Positions 7,814-16,378 of a DNA stretch of 32,000 nt are shown here, piece after piece (position 1 is the stretch's first letter; each line of letters starts with the position of its first letter). The stretch covers positions 1,080,001-1,112,000 of the forward strand of contig NC_008698.1 of the NCBI RefSeq assembly GCF_000015225.1, in the 5' to 3' direction. A program made the position numbers and the translations under genes. This DNA is from Thermofilum pendens Hrk 5 (GTDB taxonomy: Archaea > Thermoproteota > Thermoprotei > Thermofilales > Thermofilaceae). Below the pieces are notes generated by a model, which was not told where the DNA came from, did no database searches, and saw only the letters and a list, made by a program, of their open reading frames with translations.

Positions 7814-8899
7814 CTACTCGACCCTGTAGCTCCGCACAACCCTGAGTAGCTCCTCGCTCCTCGAGTCGAAGAGGTAGAGGGGCCCCACGGGCTTTAAGCG
7901 TACCTCGGCGTTAAGCTCCGGCTGGGCGTGCTCCCTTTTCTCGGAGTACGCGGTGACCTCGAAGCCTTCGAAGACTCCGTGGAGTATCGAGCCCGTGCCG
8001 AGCCTCTCGACGCCCACGACCCGCACTGGGAGCCCCTCCTCGCCTACCTCGAGGTGCTGGGGGCGTATGCCGAGGATTACCTCGCCCTCGGCTAGCCCCT
8101 CTAGCTCCTCGGAGCGGATAGCGAGGTTGCCGAGGCGTAGCGTCTTCTCAGCGACCCTGGCTGGCAGGAAGTTCATGGGCGGTGTTCCTATGAATCCCGC
8201 GACGAAGGTGTTTGATGGCTTCTCGAAGAGCTCGTCGGGGGTGCCTACCTGTACCAGTTGCCCTCTGTTGATAACGCCTACGCGATCCGCCATCGTCATT
8301 GCTTCGACCTGGTCGTGGGTGACGTAGATCGTGGTTGTTTTCAGCTCGTCGTGGAGGAGCTTCCTCAACTCGAACCTTAGCTTTACGCGGAGCTTGGCGT
8401 CCAGGTTGCTGAGAGGCTCGTCGAGGAGGAATACCCGGGGCTTCCTCACGATAGCCCTCGCCAGGGCTACTCTCTGTTGCTCGCCGCCCGAGAGCTGGTA
8501 GGGGTACTTGGAGAGGTGGTTCGTAAGCCCTAGCATGGAGGCGACTTCGAGCACGCGCGCGTGGATCTGGTCCTTCGGGACCTTCCTCATCCTGAGCGGG
8601 AACGCTATGTTGTCGTAGACCGTCATGTGCGGGTAGAGGGCGTAGTTCTGGAACACGAAAGCTATGTCCCTCTCGCTCGGGTCTACGTCGTTCACGACTC
8701 TGCCCCCGATGATAACCTCTCCCTCGTCGGGCTCTTCGAGGCCCGCTATTATGCGTAGGAGCGTAGACTTACCCGACCCCGAGGGGCCGAGTAGCACGAA
8801 GAACTCTCCGCTCTCTACGCGCAGGTTGACGTTGTACACCGCGGCTACTTCCCCGAACCTCTTCGTTACGTTTCTAAGCTCCACGCTCACATCCCTCAC
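7814..8899 (-). CDS. sugar ABC transporter ATP-binding protein (MalK/UgpC-like)
   Basis: Walker A GPSGSGKST, signature LSGGEQQRVALARA, Walker B FLLDEPLSNLD, and a C-terminal MalK-type regulatory/TOBE-like extension. Last gene of the transporter operon; overlaps the permease stop. Confidence 0.9.
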   Translation of the reverse strand: MRDVSVELRNVTKRFGEVAAVYNVNLRVESGEFFVLLGPSGSGKSTLLRIIAGLEEPDEGEVIIGGRVVNDVDPSERDIAFVFQNYALYPHMTVYDNIAFPLRMRKVPKDQIHARVLEVASMLGLTNHLSKYPYQLSGGEQQRVALARAIVRKPRVFLLDEPLSNLDAKLRVKLRFELRKLLHDELKTTTIYVTHDQVEAMTMADRVGVINRGQLVQVGTPDELFEKPSNTFVAGFIGTPPMNFLPARVAEKTLRLGNLAIRSEELEGLAEGEVILGIRPQHLEVGEEGLPVRVVGVERLGTGSILHGVFEGFEVTAYSEKREHAQPELNAEVRLKPVGPLYLFDSRSEELLRVVRSYRVE

Positions 8900-9735
8900 C
8901 CTTTCTTCGCCGACACAACTACGCCCCTAATCATGTACTTGTTGAGCAAGACGTAGAGGATTATCGTGGGCAGGGAGGCTAGAAGGCTACCGGCTATGAT
9001 CGGCGTGTACTCGGTCCACATGCTCCTGCTGAAGGCGAAGTTCAGCCCCACGGGTAGCGTGTAGTTTTCGGGGCTTCTGAGGAAGACGAGCGGCCCGAGG
9101 AAGGAGTTCCAGGCGCCCAGGAACTGGTATATGGCCAGCGCACCGAGCGCTGGCTTGGAGAGGGGGAGGGCTACGTAGACGAATGCTCTGAGAGGTCCTG
9201 CGCCGTCGAGCCTAGCCGCCTCGAAGAGCTCCCGTCCCAGGGAGAGGTAGTACTGCCTCATGAGGAATATCCCCGAGACGCTCGCAGAGCCCAGGAAGGC
9301 TAAGCCGAAGAGGTTGTCTATCAGCCCCATCTTCACTACGAGTATGTAGTTCGGTATCAGCGTGATGAACGGGGGTACCATGAGGAGCGCTAGAAGCGCG
9401 CTGAAGATCTTGTTTTTTCCGGGGAATCTGAGAAACGCGAATGCGTAGCCCGCCGTAGCGGAGGTCACGATGTTGGCGGCTACGACGAGCCCGCTTACGA
9501 GCGCTGTGTTGAGGACCCACCTAGGGAACAGGCTTAGCCTGAAGAGCTTCGCGTAGTTCTCCAGCGTGAATGGGTTCGGAACCCACTCGGGCGGGAACGC
9601 CGATGCCTGGGACCACGTCATGAACGAGGCTACAGCCGACCTGATGAAGGGCATGAGGTAGATGGCTGCGAGCACGCTCATAACGAGGTACGAGAGGAGT
9701 AGCACTATCCTCTTCTTCAGCGGAGCTCTCCGCAT
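8896..9735 (-). CDS. sugar ABC transporter permease (MalG-like)
   Basis: Multi-TM protein with the EAA loop EAARLDGAGPLRAFVYVALPLSKP. 279 aa. Lies in an operon. Confidence 0.9.
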   Translation of the reverse strand: MRRAPLKKRIVLLLSYLVMSVLAAIYLMPFIRSAVASFMTWSQASAFPPEWVPNPFTLENYAKLFRLSLFPRWVLNTALVSGLVVAANIVTSATAGYAFAFLRFPGKNKIFSALLALLMVPPFITLIPNYILVVKMGLIDNLFGLAFLGSASVSGIFLMRQYYLSLGRELFEAARLDGAGPLRAFVYVALPLSKPALGALAIYQFLGAWNSFLGPLVFLRSPENYTLPVGLNFAFSRSMWTEYTPIIAGSLLASLPTIILYVLLNKYMIRGVVVSAKKG

Positions 9736-9736
9736 C

Positions 9737-10681
9737 TCACGCCACCCTGAAGTACTTCATCTTCTCCTGGATGTAGTAGTTGAGGGAGAATACTATCAGG
9801 AAGAGGAGCACGGCTTTAGCGGCGGCGTACCCGTACCTTAGCTGCAGGAAGGCTGTGTTGTAGATATCCAGGGCGACCGTGTACCCGGCGCCCCCGGGTC
9901 CACCGCTCTGCCCCGCCATGACCCACGCCAAGTCGAACATCTGGAGGGCCCCGATGCTTCCCAGCACCACAGCGTAGACTATGAGAGGCTTCATGAGCGG
10001 TATAGTAATGTAGATGAACCGTTTCAGCGCGTTTGCCCCGTCTATCCTGGCCGCCTCGTAGACCTCCTTCGGGAGCGCCTGTAGCCCGGCTAGGAAGGTC
10101 GCCGAGAAGTGTGCGCTAGTACCCCATATGGCAACGATGGCTATAGCCGGTAGGAGGAACAGCGGGTCGTTCAGCCAGTCGGGCCTGAAGCCCCCGGTTA
10201 CAGCGCTTACGAAGTAGTTCACGAAGCCGTCCCTCATGAAGAGCCAGATGAATATCAACGATACTATGACAGGGCACGTCGTCGCCGGCAGGAAGTAAGC
10301 CACCCTGAAGAAGTGCGAGCCCCTCACCTTCTGGTTGGCGAGGACTGCCAGCACCAGCGCCAGTAGCGTCTGCGTTGGGACGACAAGGAGGGTGTAGAGA
10401 AGCACGTTGCGCAGACCGTTGAAGAACGGGGTTTTAAGGTAGACGAGGCGGGGGTCGGTCAGCATGATCGAGAAGCCCTGGACGAGCTCGCCGGCGAGCT
10501 TCGCGTAGTTTTCAAGCCCGACGAACTTCATGGGCGAGAGTATGTCCCAGTCGAAGAAGCTCAGCGCGAAGGCGAAGATCATCGAGAAGTACCCGAACAC
10601 GAAGTTGAGAGTTAAGGGGTAGATCGTGAGCAGTATGAACGCCACGTGCTCCGGCTTTAACCTCTTCGATAGAAAAAACAT
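9737..10681 (-). CDS. sugar ABC transporter permease (MalF-like)
   Basis: Multi-TM protein with the EAA loop EAARIDGANALKRFIYITIPLMKP. 314 aa. Confidence 0.9.
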   Translation of the reverse strand: MFFLSKRLKPEHVAFILLTIYPLTLNFVFGYFSMIFAFALSFFDWDILSPMKFVGLENYAKLAGELVQGFSIMLTDPRLVYLKTPFFNGLRNVLLYTLLVVPTQTLLALVLAVLANQKVRGSHFFRVAYFLPATTCPVIVSLIFIWLFMRDGFVNYFVSAVTGGFRPDWLNDPLFLLPAIAIVAIWGTSAHFSATFLAGLQALPKEVYEAARIDGANALKRFIYITIPLMKPLIVYAVVLGSIGALQMFDLAWVMAGQSGGPGGAGYTVALDIYNTAFLQLRYGYAAAKAVLLFLIVFSLNYYIQEKMKYFRVA

Positions 10682-10711
10682 TATTTTAACCCCGGGTTTA
10701 ATCCCTTTTCC

Positions 10712-12028
10712 CTAGGATTTAAAGGCTTCTGCAACCTTGTCTTTCATCAGCCTTAGCGCTTCGTCTATCGTTATCTCCCCCCTGACCGCAGACTGGATGA
10801 TCTGGTTTATGCTTCCCTCTATCTGTCCTGTCTTCGGGCCGTAGAAGAAGAGCGCCACGCGGTCGTACTTGTTCACGAACGATAGCTCCTTAGCGTGAGA
10901 GGGCCAGAGGTCTGGGTCGTTTGCTAGCGCCTTTATGGACGGGAGGGTATGACCCATCTTCACCACTAGTAGCTTCTGCCCTTCAATGCCTTCAACGTAC
11001 TGCAGGAACTTCAGCGCCGCGTCCAGGTTCTCGGTCTTGGAGTTCACTCCGAGCGCCACGGTGTAAGCCATGCTTGCCCTGCCGGCGGGACCCTTAGGTA
11101 GCATCGCGAGGTCCCAGTCGGAGCCGTACTTGAAGTTGGGGAACTGGTCCGCGAGGTAGGGTATCATCCAGCTACCCTCGATAGTCATCGCGGCGAGCTG
11201 CTTGCCGAAGGCCTCCCCGTTCCAGCCGGCGTTCACGTCCGAGGGCAGGACTATGTAGCCCTCTTTACGCCCCTCCTGTATCTTGGCTATCATCTTCGAA
11301 ATCGCGTTCCTAACCTCGGGCTTGTCGAAGTAGGCGGCGTCGGCCGCCGAGTCGAAGCGCGGTGGGGGAGCACCGTTGGAGACGAGGAAGGGTACCCACC
11401 TGTTGAGCTCTGCGTGTACGACTAGCCCGGGCTTACCGGTCTTCTGGTAGATGGTCTTAGCGGCGTTGAAGAGGTCGTCCCAGGTCCAGTCGGCGGTGGG
11501 CTCGGGTACTCCTGCCTGGGCGAACAACTTCTTGTTGTAGAACAGCGAGAGCACGGACCAGTCCTTCGGTAATCCGTAGATCTTCCCGTCAGGCCCCTTG
11601 AACGGTTCGAGGAGGAACGGGTAGAACTGGTCGATGAAGTCCTTGGGTAGCTTGTCGCCTATGGGGTAGAGAGCGCCCTTACTGATGAACGTGGGCGCCC
11701 ACGCAGAGTCAACGTAGAATATGTCGGGAGCGGCGCCGGCCGCGTAGCTTGCTAGAATGTTCTCGGAGAACATCTGGGTTATTACCTCGTACTTGACGAT
11801 TATATCCGGGTTAGCCTTTTGGAAGTCCTCGATTATCTTCTGGTAGTTCTTCATCTCTGTTTCTCCGGCGCTCCACCCGGCGAACCTTATCACGGCTACC
11901 TTGGACGGCGCGGCGGTTGGTTTAGGCCAGAGGAGTATGGCGGCTACTGCTAGGAGAACTACGGCGGCGAGAACTACTGCGAGCAGTGTCTTACTTAAAC
12001 CCTTTTGCTGGGTTTTTTGCTCGCTCAT
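10712..12028 (-). CDS. extracellular sugar-binding protein (family 1 / CUT1), membrane-anchored
   Basis: The ATG at 12028 gives MSEQKTQQKGLSKTLLAVVLAAVVLLAVAAILLW, an N-terminal anchor typical of archaeal binding proteins. About 439 aa. First gene of the MalEFGK-like operon. The track extension to 12238 runs across the promoter and is rejected. Confidence 0.85.
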   Translation of the reverse strand: MSEQKTQQKGLSKTLLAVVLAAVVLLAVAAILLWPKPTAAPSKVAVIRFAGWSAGETEMKNYQKIIEDFQKANPDIIVKYEVITQMFSENILASYAAGAAPDIFYVDSAWAPTFISKGALYPIGDKLPKDFIDQFYPFLLEPFKGPDGKIYGLPKDWSVLSLFYNKKLFAQAGVPEPTADWTWDDLFNAAKTIYQKTGKPGLVVHAELNRWVPFLVSNGAPPPRFDSAADAAYFDKPEVRNAISKMIAKIQEGRKEGYIVLPSDVNAGWNGEAFGKQLAAMTIEGSWMIPYLADQFPNFKYGSDWDLAMLPKGPAGRASMAYTVALGVNSKTENLDAALKFLQYVEGIEGQKLLVVKMGHTLPSIKALANDPDLWPSHAKELSFVNKYDRVALFFYGPKTGQIEGSINQIIQSAVRGEITIDEALRLMKDKVAEAFKS

Positions 12029-12036
12029 CAGGAGTT

Positions 12037-12053
12037 TACTACTAAAAGTAGTA
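12037..12053. promoter_or_regulatory. candidate TrmB operator: perfect palindrome TACTACT-AAA-AGTAGTA
   Basis: 7-bp inverted arms with a 3-nt spacer, containing TACT-N3-AGTA. Lies between the start codon of the binding-protein gene and the TATA box. Confidence 0.65.
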
Positions 12054-12060
12054 TTTAAAT
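12053..12060. promoter_or_regulatory. palindromic TATA box ATTTAAAT, probably shared by two divergent promoters
   Basis: Its centre is about 28 nt from the ATG at 12028 (minus strand) and about 25 nt from the TTG at 12081 (plus strand). Confidence 0.55.
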
Positions 12061-12080
12061 TTTTCCCAGAAAGCCTTTTC

Positions 12081-13166
12081 TTGAAGCCCGCCGTTAACGC
12101 CGCTGTGAAGGCGAAAATACTGTCAGCTGGGGATCCTCTCTCGAAGCTCCTCGCGGAGAAGGTAGGGCGCAGAGCAGAGCTTAGGGGGCTGAGGCGCGGC
12201 TTGGAGCAGGACGTATTCGAAAGGCTGGCGTACATCACTCCGATCCGCGTAGAGGTAACGAACTACGCGAGAAGACCGGTAGCCGTCTTCAACCCGGGTG
12301 CCGCGCTGGAGGGCTCGAATGTCGCCATTTTCCCAAGGATGGTCTTCGACTACTACTGGTACGTTTCATCGGTGGGGAGAATACGCGTAGGCGTGGACGA
12401 CCTTCTCTCGGGGAGTATACCCGGAACCCTGAAGGCAGACCTGGTGATATACCCGAGCGAGGAATGGGAGCTGAGAGGGTGCGAGGACCCGAGGGTCTAC
12501 GGCGCCGATGGAAACTACCTCGTGCTCTACACCGGCGTCCTGCCCTTGCAGAACGGCGTGCTACCTCTACAGGCCGTTGCCAGGTACTCGGAGGGCCGTG
12601 TCGAGAAGCTCGGCTACCTGGCTTTCGAGTATGGAGGCGAAAGGTACGTGGCGCCCTGGAAGGACAGCGCCATTCTCTCGGAGGGTGGCGGCGAGGCTCT
12701 GGCGCTCGTGCGCCCCTCCGTGCCGGTGCCGGGGGGTTTCCTGGAGGCCGGCTGGTTTACGCGCTTCGACCTGGCAGGGCTTACAGTGGACCCGGGCGAA
12801 GCGGTTCCCTTGCTCGTTGCAGAGAGCTTTGAATACAAGGTTGGGTGGTCTACGAACGCCTTGAAGCTGTCGAGCGGAGAGTACCTGGTGGGGTGGCACG
12901 GGGTAGGGGTGGACAACGTCTACAGGAATGGGCTCGCGGTGGTAAGCGAGGAGGGGGAGCTCTTGGAGCTTTCCGAGTACCTCCTGGTCCCGCGGAAAAG
13001 CTTAGAGGAGTTCTACGGCGATAGGCCTGGCGTGGTCTTCGGGTGCGGGTTGCTGAGAATCAAGGAGAAGCTCGTCTGGGTAGGCGGCGTCTCGGACTAC
13101 GCGGTAGGCGTATTCGCCGTGGACATGGACAAGGCGCTGGAGCACTTGAAGAGAGTCTCGCGCTGA
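12081..13166 (+). CDS. GH130-like glycosidase / beta-mannoside phosphorylase family protein (PH1107-related)
   Basis: AVFNPGAA, GCEDPRV and YLVGWHGV match the five-bladed propeller GH130 (DUF377) pattern. The start is uncertain: TTG 12081 or GTG 12105. The track start at 11901 is antisense to the binding-protein gene. Confidence 0.7.
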   Translation: MKPAVNAAVKAKILSAGDPLSKLLAEKVGRRAELRGLRRGLEQDVFERLAYITPIRVEVTNYARRPVAVFNPGAALEGSNVAIFPRMVFDYYWYVSSVGRIRVGVDDLLSGSIPGTLKADLVIYPSEEWELRGCEDPRVYGADGNYLVLYTGVLPLQNGVLPLQAVARYSEGRVEKLGYLAFEYGGERYVAPWKDSAILSEGGGEALALVRPSVPVPGGFLEAGWFTRFDLAGLTVDPGEAVPLLVAESFEYKVGWSTNALKLSSGEYLVGWHGVGVDNVYRNGLAVVSEEGELLELSEYLLVPRKSLEEFYGDRPGVVFGCGLLRIKEKLVWVGGVSDYAVGVFAVDMDKALEHLKRVSR

Positions 13167-13175
13167 GAGCGCCCC

Positions 13176-14210
13176 CTACTCCCGCGCCTCAACGGTTATT
13201 TCGTAGGCTTCCACGTCCTCCAGGTAAGCTCCTACTCCGCCCACGCTGACCTCTCTTCCGTCCTCTAGCTTCAAGAGGATTGTACCAACGCTTCTGAACG
13301 AGTTCTCGAAGAGCCTTACGGGAACCCCCCTTACAGTAGCCTCCTCCCCCGTGGCGACCCACCTGCCCCGAACGGTAAGCACGGGCTTCCGCCCGGCGCC
13401 TAGAAGCGCGTTGATGTGCTCGAGTGCCCTTGTCATGTGGTGGTACGTCCTCCGCTCGAGCTGACCGAACTTGGCTGCAACTACCTTGCCGCTACCGCGC
13501 AGGTAGTCGAGGTAGTAAACGGCGAAAATCCTCATCAAGTTATCATCGGTAACCTTGTAGGCTGTTACCTGCCCCGACTCCCAGCCGGAGACTATGACTA
13601 CCTGGGAGAAATCCGGTATCGCCATCTGGGGGGCCCTCGTAGGCCTCAGCCTGACCTCGTCGAACACGTTTACGAAGCTTCCTATGTCCTCCCCGTCGTA
13701 GAGCACTAGGCACGTCGCGAGATCAGTCCTCGCAAGCCTGTCCAGGAACCCTCTGAGGAACTTCGAGTAGCCCGCCACGAGGAGCTCGTGCCGGGCCGAT
13801 TCCAAAGCCGAGAGGAAGAGGCTTTCCCCGGCGTTCTGCCCTACAGCTGTCCACACGCCCGGCTCCTCGCGCCTCAAGCTAGCCGACTCCAGGAGCCTAA
13901 GTATGGAGTTGAGCGTACTCGTTTCCTCGGCGTGCCTCCTCTCCACGTACCTCTTCAAGGCCACCCTGGGGTCTAGCGCGGAGAACTTCCTGGGCTTTCC
14001 CTCGGATATCGCTACTAGGCCCTTCTCCTCCAGCGCCTTCACTACGTCGTAGACCCTCGGCTGGGGTAGCTCGCTCCTCTTAGCGAGCTCTGTAGCCGTC
14101 ATTGAACCGTAGAGAACCAGGGCTATGTAAGCTCTAGCCTCATACTCTCTCAGGCCAAGGCTCTCGGCAAGCCTGTAGAGATCCTTAAGGCTAAGCTCCG
14201 CTCCCTCCAT
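13176..14210 (-). CDS. trmB: TrmB-family sugar-sensing transcriptional regulator
   Basis: N-terminal winged-helix region LGLREYEARAYIALVLYGSMTATELAKRSELPQPRVYDVVKALEEKGLV, plus a long C-terminal effector domain. 344 aa, like full-length TrmB. Own TATA box 30 nt upstream. Confidence 0.9.
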   Translation of the reverse strand: MEGAELSLKDLYRLAESLGLREYEARAYIALVLYGSMTATELAKRSELPQPRVYDVVKALEEKGLVAISEGKPRKFSALDPRVALKRYVERRHAEETSTLNSILRLLESASLRREEPGVWTAVGQNAGESLFLSALESARHELLVAGYSKFLRGFLDRLARTDLATCLVLYDGEDIGSFVNVFDEVRLRPTRAPQMAIPDFSQVVIVSGWESGQVTAYKVTDDNLMRIFAVYYLDYLRGSGKVVAAKFGQLERRTYHHMTRALEHINALLGAGRKPVLTVRGRWVATGEEATVRGVPVRLFENSFRSVGTILLKLEDGREVSVGGVGAYLEDVEAYEITVEARE

Positions 14211-14234
14211 TCTCGGGGGCTAACCGAAAGCCGA

Positions 14235-14244
14235 GATATAAATC
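14235..14244 (-). promoter_or_regulatory. TATA box (GATTTATATC on minus strand) for trmB
   Basis: Centred about 30 nt upstream of the ATG at 14210, within the 53-nt gap after the GH65 gene. Confidence 0.55.
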
Positions 14245-14263
14245 TCTCGCACTTAGAAGAACT

Positions 14264-16378
14264 TTAGAGCTCAGTTATCCTGTACTCGGAGCCCCTAGCC
14301 TCTACTCTGTGTAGCTTACCCCTAAACCAAACGTTTAGCTCGACGCCGAGCCCCTCCGGGAGGCGTGGCTCCGCGACCAGTTTTCCGCCGCGGGGCTCTA
14401 GCCCGAGGAAGCCTAGTAGTAGTGCCATCCATGATCCTGCAGCTGCTGCTACGTGGAAGCCGTCTTCAAGGTTTCCGTAAGTATCCTCTAGGTCTGTGGA
14501 GGCAGCTTTCCTCAACAACGCTAAAGCTTCCTCCACTCTACCCAGGTACGCAGCCATAGCCGCGTACATAGGTAGGGATAGCGAGGATGCGTGAGTAGTT
14601 CTACGCAAGTAGTACTCGTAGTTCCCCTCTAAAACCCTCCTATCGAAAAACCTCCTCAACAAAAACAAGCCAGCAACAACATCCGCCTGCTTAACTAGGC
14701 GAGTAGAACCCACATCTAAGCCTTTAGCACAGGAATCCCCGAAGCAGTTGGAAACCTCTAAGTCTTTAAGCTTGAAGTAGCCCTCAAACTCTTCGCATAA
14801 ACCACCCGGCTCGCAGGGAACCCTAACCCTCCCGGCAACCTCGAGCCACCCCTCAGCCTCCTCTCTACTCACACCCTCCTCTACGGCAACCCTCAGCCAG
14901 CCAGGCTTAGACTGGGATAAAGCGTAGTACTTAGCGCCGAGGACGAGGTTGTACCTAGCCATTACGTTCGTGTAGAAACTATCGTCTACGCCTACGTGGT
15001 ACTCGTCGGGGCCTATAACGCCCCGGATGTGGTAGTAGCCGTCACCACCAAGCTCGACTCTCGAAGCCCAGAACCTAGCAGTCTCGAATATAATCCTTAA
15101 ACCACACCTCTCCATGAACTCCTCGTCACCCGTATACTCGTAGTACATGTCTACAGCGTATGCTACGTCAGCAGTTATGTGTTGTTCAAGCCTACCAGTC
15201 TCTATGAAGGCCTTCCTGGAGCCCTCGAGGTCTAAAGGAACCTCTACGGGTGTAGCCTCCCTACAGTCATCAACACCCTCCCAGGGGTACCTAGCACCCC
15301 TAAAGCCTGTACTGGAAGCGTACTCCCTAGCCGCGCCCAGACACCTACACCTGTACTCCAGTATCTTCCTAGCGGCCTCGGGCTCTAGTAGCAGGTAGAA
15401 TGGTAGGGAGTAGGTGTCGGAGTCCCAGAAAACATGCCCTCTATACCCGTAGCCGTGTAAACCCCTAGCTGGAAGCATAAACTCCCCTCCACCCTCATTG
15501 TACAATTGTAGCAAGTGGAAAGCGTTAAAGACAAGTGCATCCTCCAGTGCAGAATCACCGTAAAGCCTAAAACCAACCCTACCCCACAAACCCCTCCAAA
15601 AACCAACATGAGAAGAAACAAGCCCACCGAAGCTCTCCGAGGTAGCGATCCCCCTGAACTTTTCGAGCTCTTCCTTGCTGAGAGCGACGATCACAACCTT
15701 TTCCCCTTCGACCACGGAGCCCGGCTTCACGTCTACACAGTAGCAGGAGCCGACCTCCTTCCCCGTGTAGTAGCTCTTAGGCTCTGCGGGGCTACCTCTC
15801 ACTATCAGGGCGTAGAGCACCCTGTAGGCATTGTCGGCTGTTCTCACGGAGAGCGAGGGGGAAGAGCCCTCGGCGGATACTTCCTCGACTTTGTAAAGCT
15901 TCACCTTGACCTCCGGGGGAGACGATACGTTGAGGGTATCGAGCTCTATGGGGTGTTTGATGCAGAGGCGCCCCTCGGCGTTGCGGGAGGCTAGGCGGTA
16001 CCGTAGCGCGAATATACCTTTGAACTTCTTGTGTGTAAGCCTCAGGCTCTCGTATTCCAGCTCGCCTAGGCTCGACCCAAGGATAGCCTTGTAGCTCAGA
16101 GTTCCTCCCTCCGCGTCCAGGAGGAACTCGTTGCTACCCTGGACGGGTAGCATGGGCACGCCGTCTAGCTCCACGTATACGGGGGTTATCCTCGGGAGGT
16201 TGACCAGCTCCCTGTAGAATATGGGCGTATAGCTGTAGACTCCCGCAACGAGCGTGCCGTACTCCGAGGGCGCAGTCTCCGGGTCCCCGCGGACGCTGAG
16301 AAAACCGTTGGAGAGAGTTGTAAGCGTGGCTATCTTCCTGATAGGCCTCTCCCTATCGCTAAACGCGTACTTCTTCAA
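14264..16378 (-). CDS. GH65 glycoside hydrolase family disaccharide phosphorylase (maltose/trehalose/kojibiose phosphorylase type)
   Basis: RGHVFWDSDTY and the catalytic-acid region GVIGPDEYH...FYTN are GH65 signatures. 704 aa. TTG start overlaps the stop of the upstream beta-PGM gene (TTGA). Confidence 0.9.
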   Translation of the reverse strand: MKKYAFSDRERPIRKIATLTTLSNGFLSVRGDPETAPSEYGTLVAGVYSYTPIFYRELVNLPRITPVYVELDGVPMLPVQGSNEFLLDAEGGTLSYKAILGSSLGELEYESLRLTHKKFKGIFALRYRLASRNAEGRLCIKHPIELDTLNVSSPPEVKVKLYKVEEVSAEGSSPSLSVRTADNAYRVLYALIVRGSPAEPKSYYTGKEVGSCYCVDVKPGSVVEGEKVVIVALSKEELEKFRGIATSESFGGLVSSHVGFWRGLWGRVGFRLYGDSALEDALVFNAFHLLQLYNEGGGEFMLPARGLHGYGYRGHVFWDSDTYSLPFYLLLEPEAARKILEYRCRCLGAAREYASSTGFRGARYPWEGVDDCREATPVEVPLDLEGSRKAFIETGRLEQHITADVAYAVDMYYEYTGDEEFMERCGLRIIFETARFWASRVELGGDGYYHIRGVIGPDEYHVGVDDSFYTNVMARYNLVLGAKYYALSQSKPGWLRVAVEEGVSREEAEGWLEVAGRVRVPCEPGGLCEEFEGYFKLKDLEVSNCFGDSCAKGLDVGSTRLVKQADVVAGLFLLRRFFDRRVLEGNYEYYLRRTTHASSLSLPMYAAMAAYLGRVEEALALLRKAASTDLEDTYGNLEDGFHVAAAAGSWMALLLGFLGLEPRGGKLVAEPRLPEGLGVELNVWFRGKLHRVEARGSEYRITEL

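Noticed and set aside
12029-12238. 5' extension of the binding-protein ORF (MMYASLSNTS...)
   Set aside because: It would read through the TATA box and the palindromic operator. The internal ATG at 12028 gives a classic basic-plus-hydrophobic anchor right at the N-terminus.
13160-13172. Small hairpin GCGCT-GAG-AGCGC between the convergent GH130 and trmB genes
   Set aside because: It has only a 5-bp stem and overlaps the GH130 stop codon. Archaeal termination relies on oligo-T runs, so this is too weak to call.
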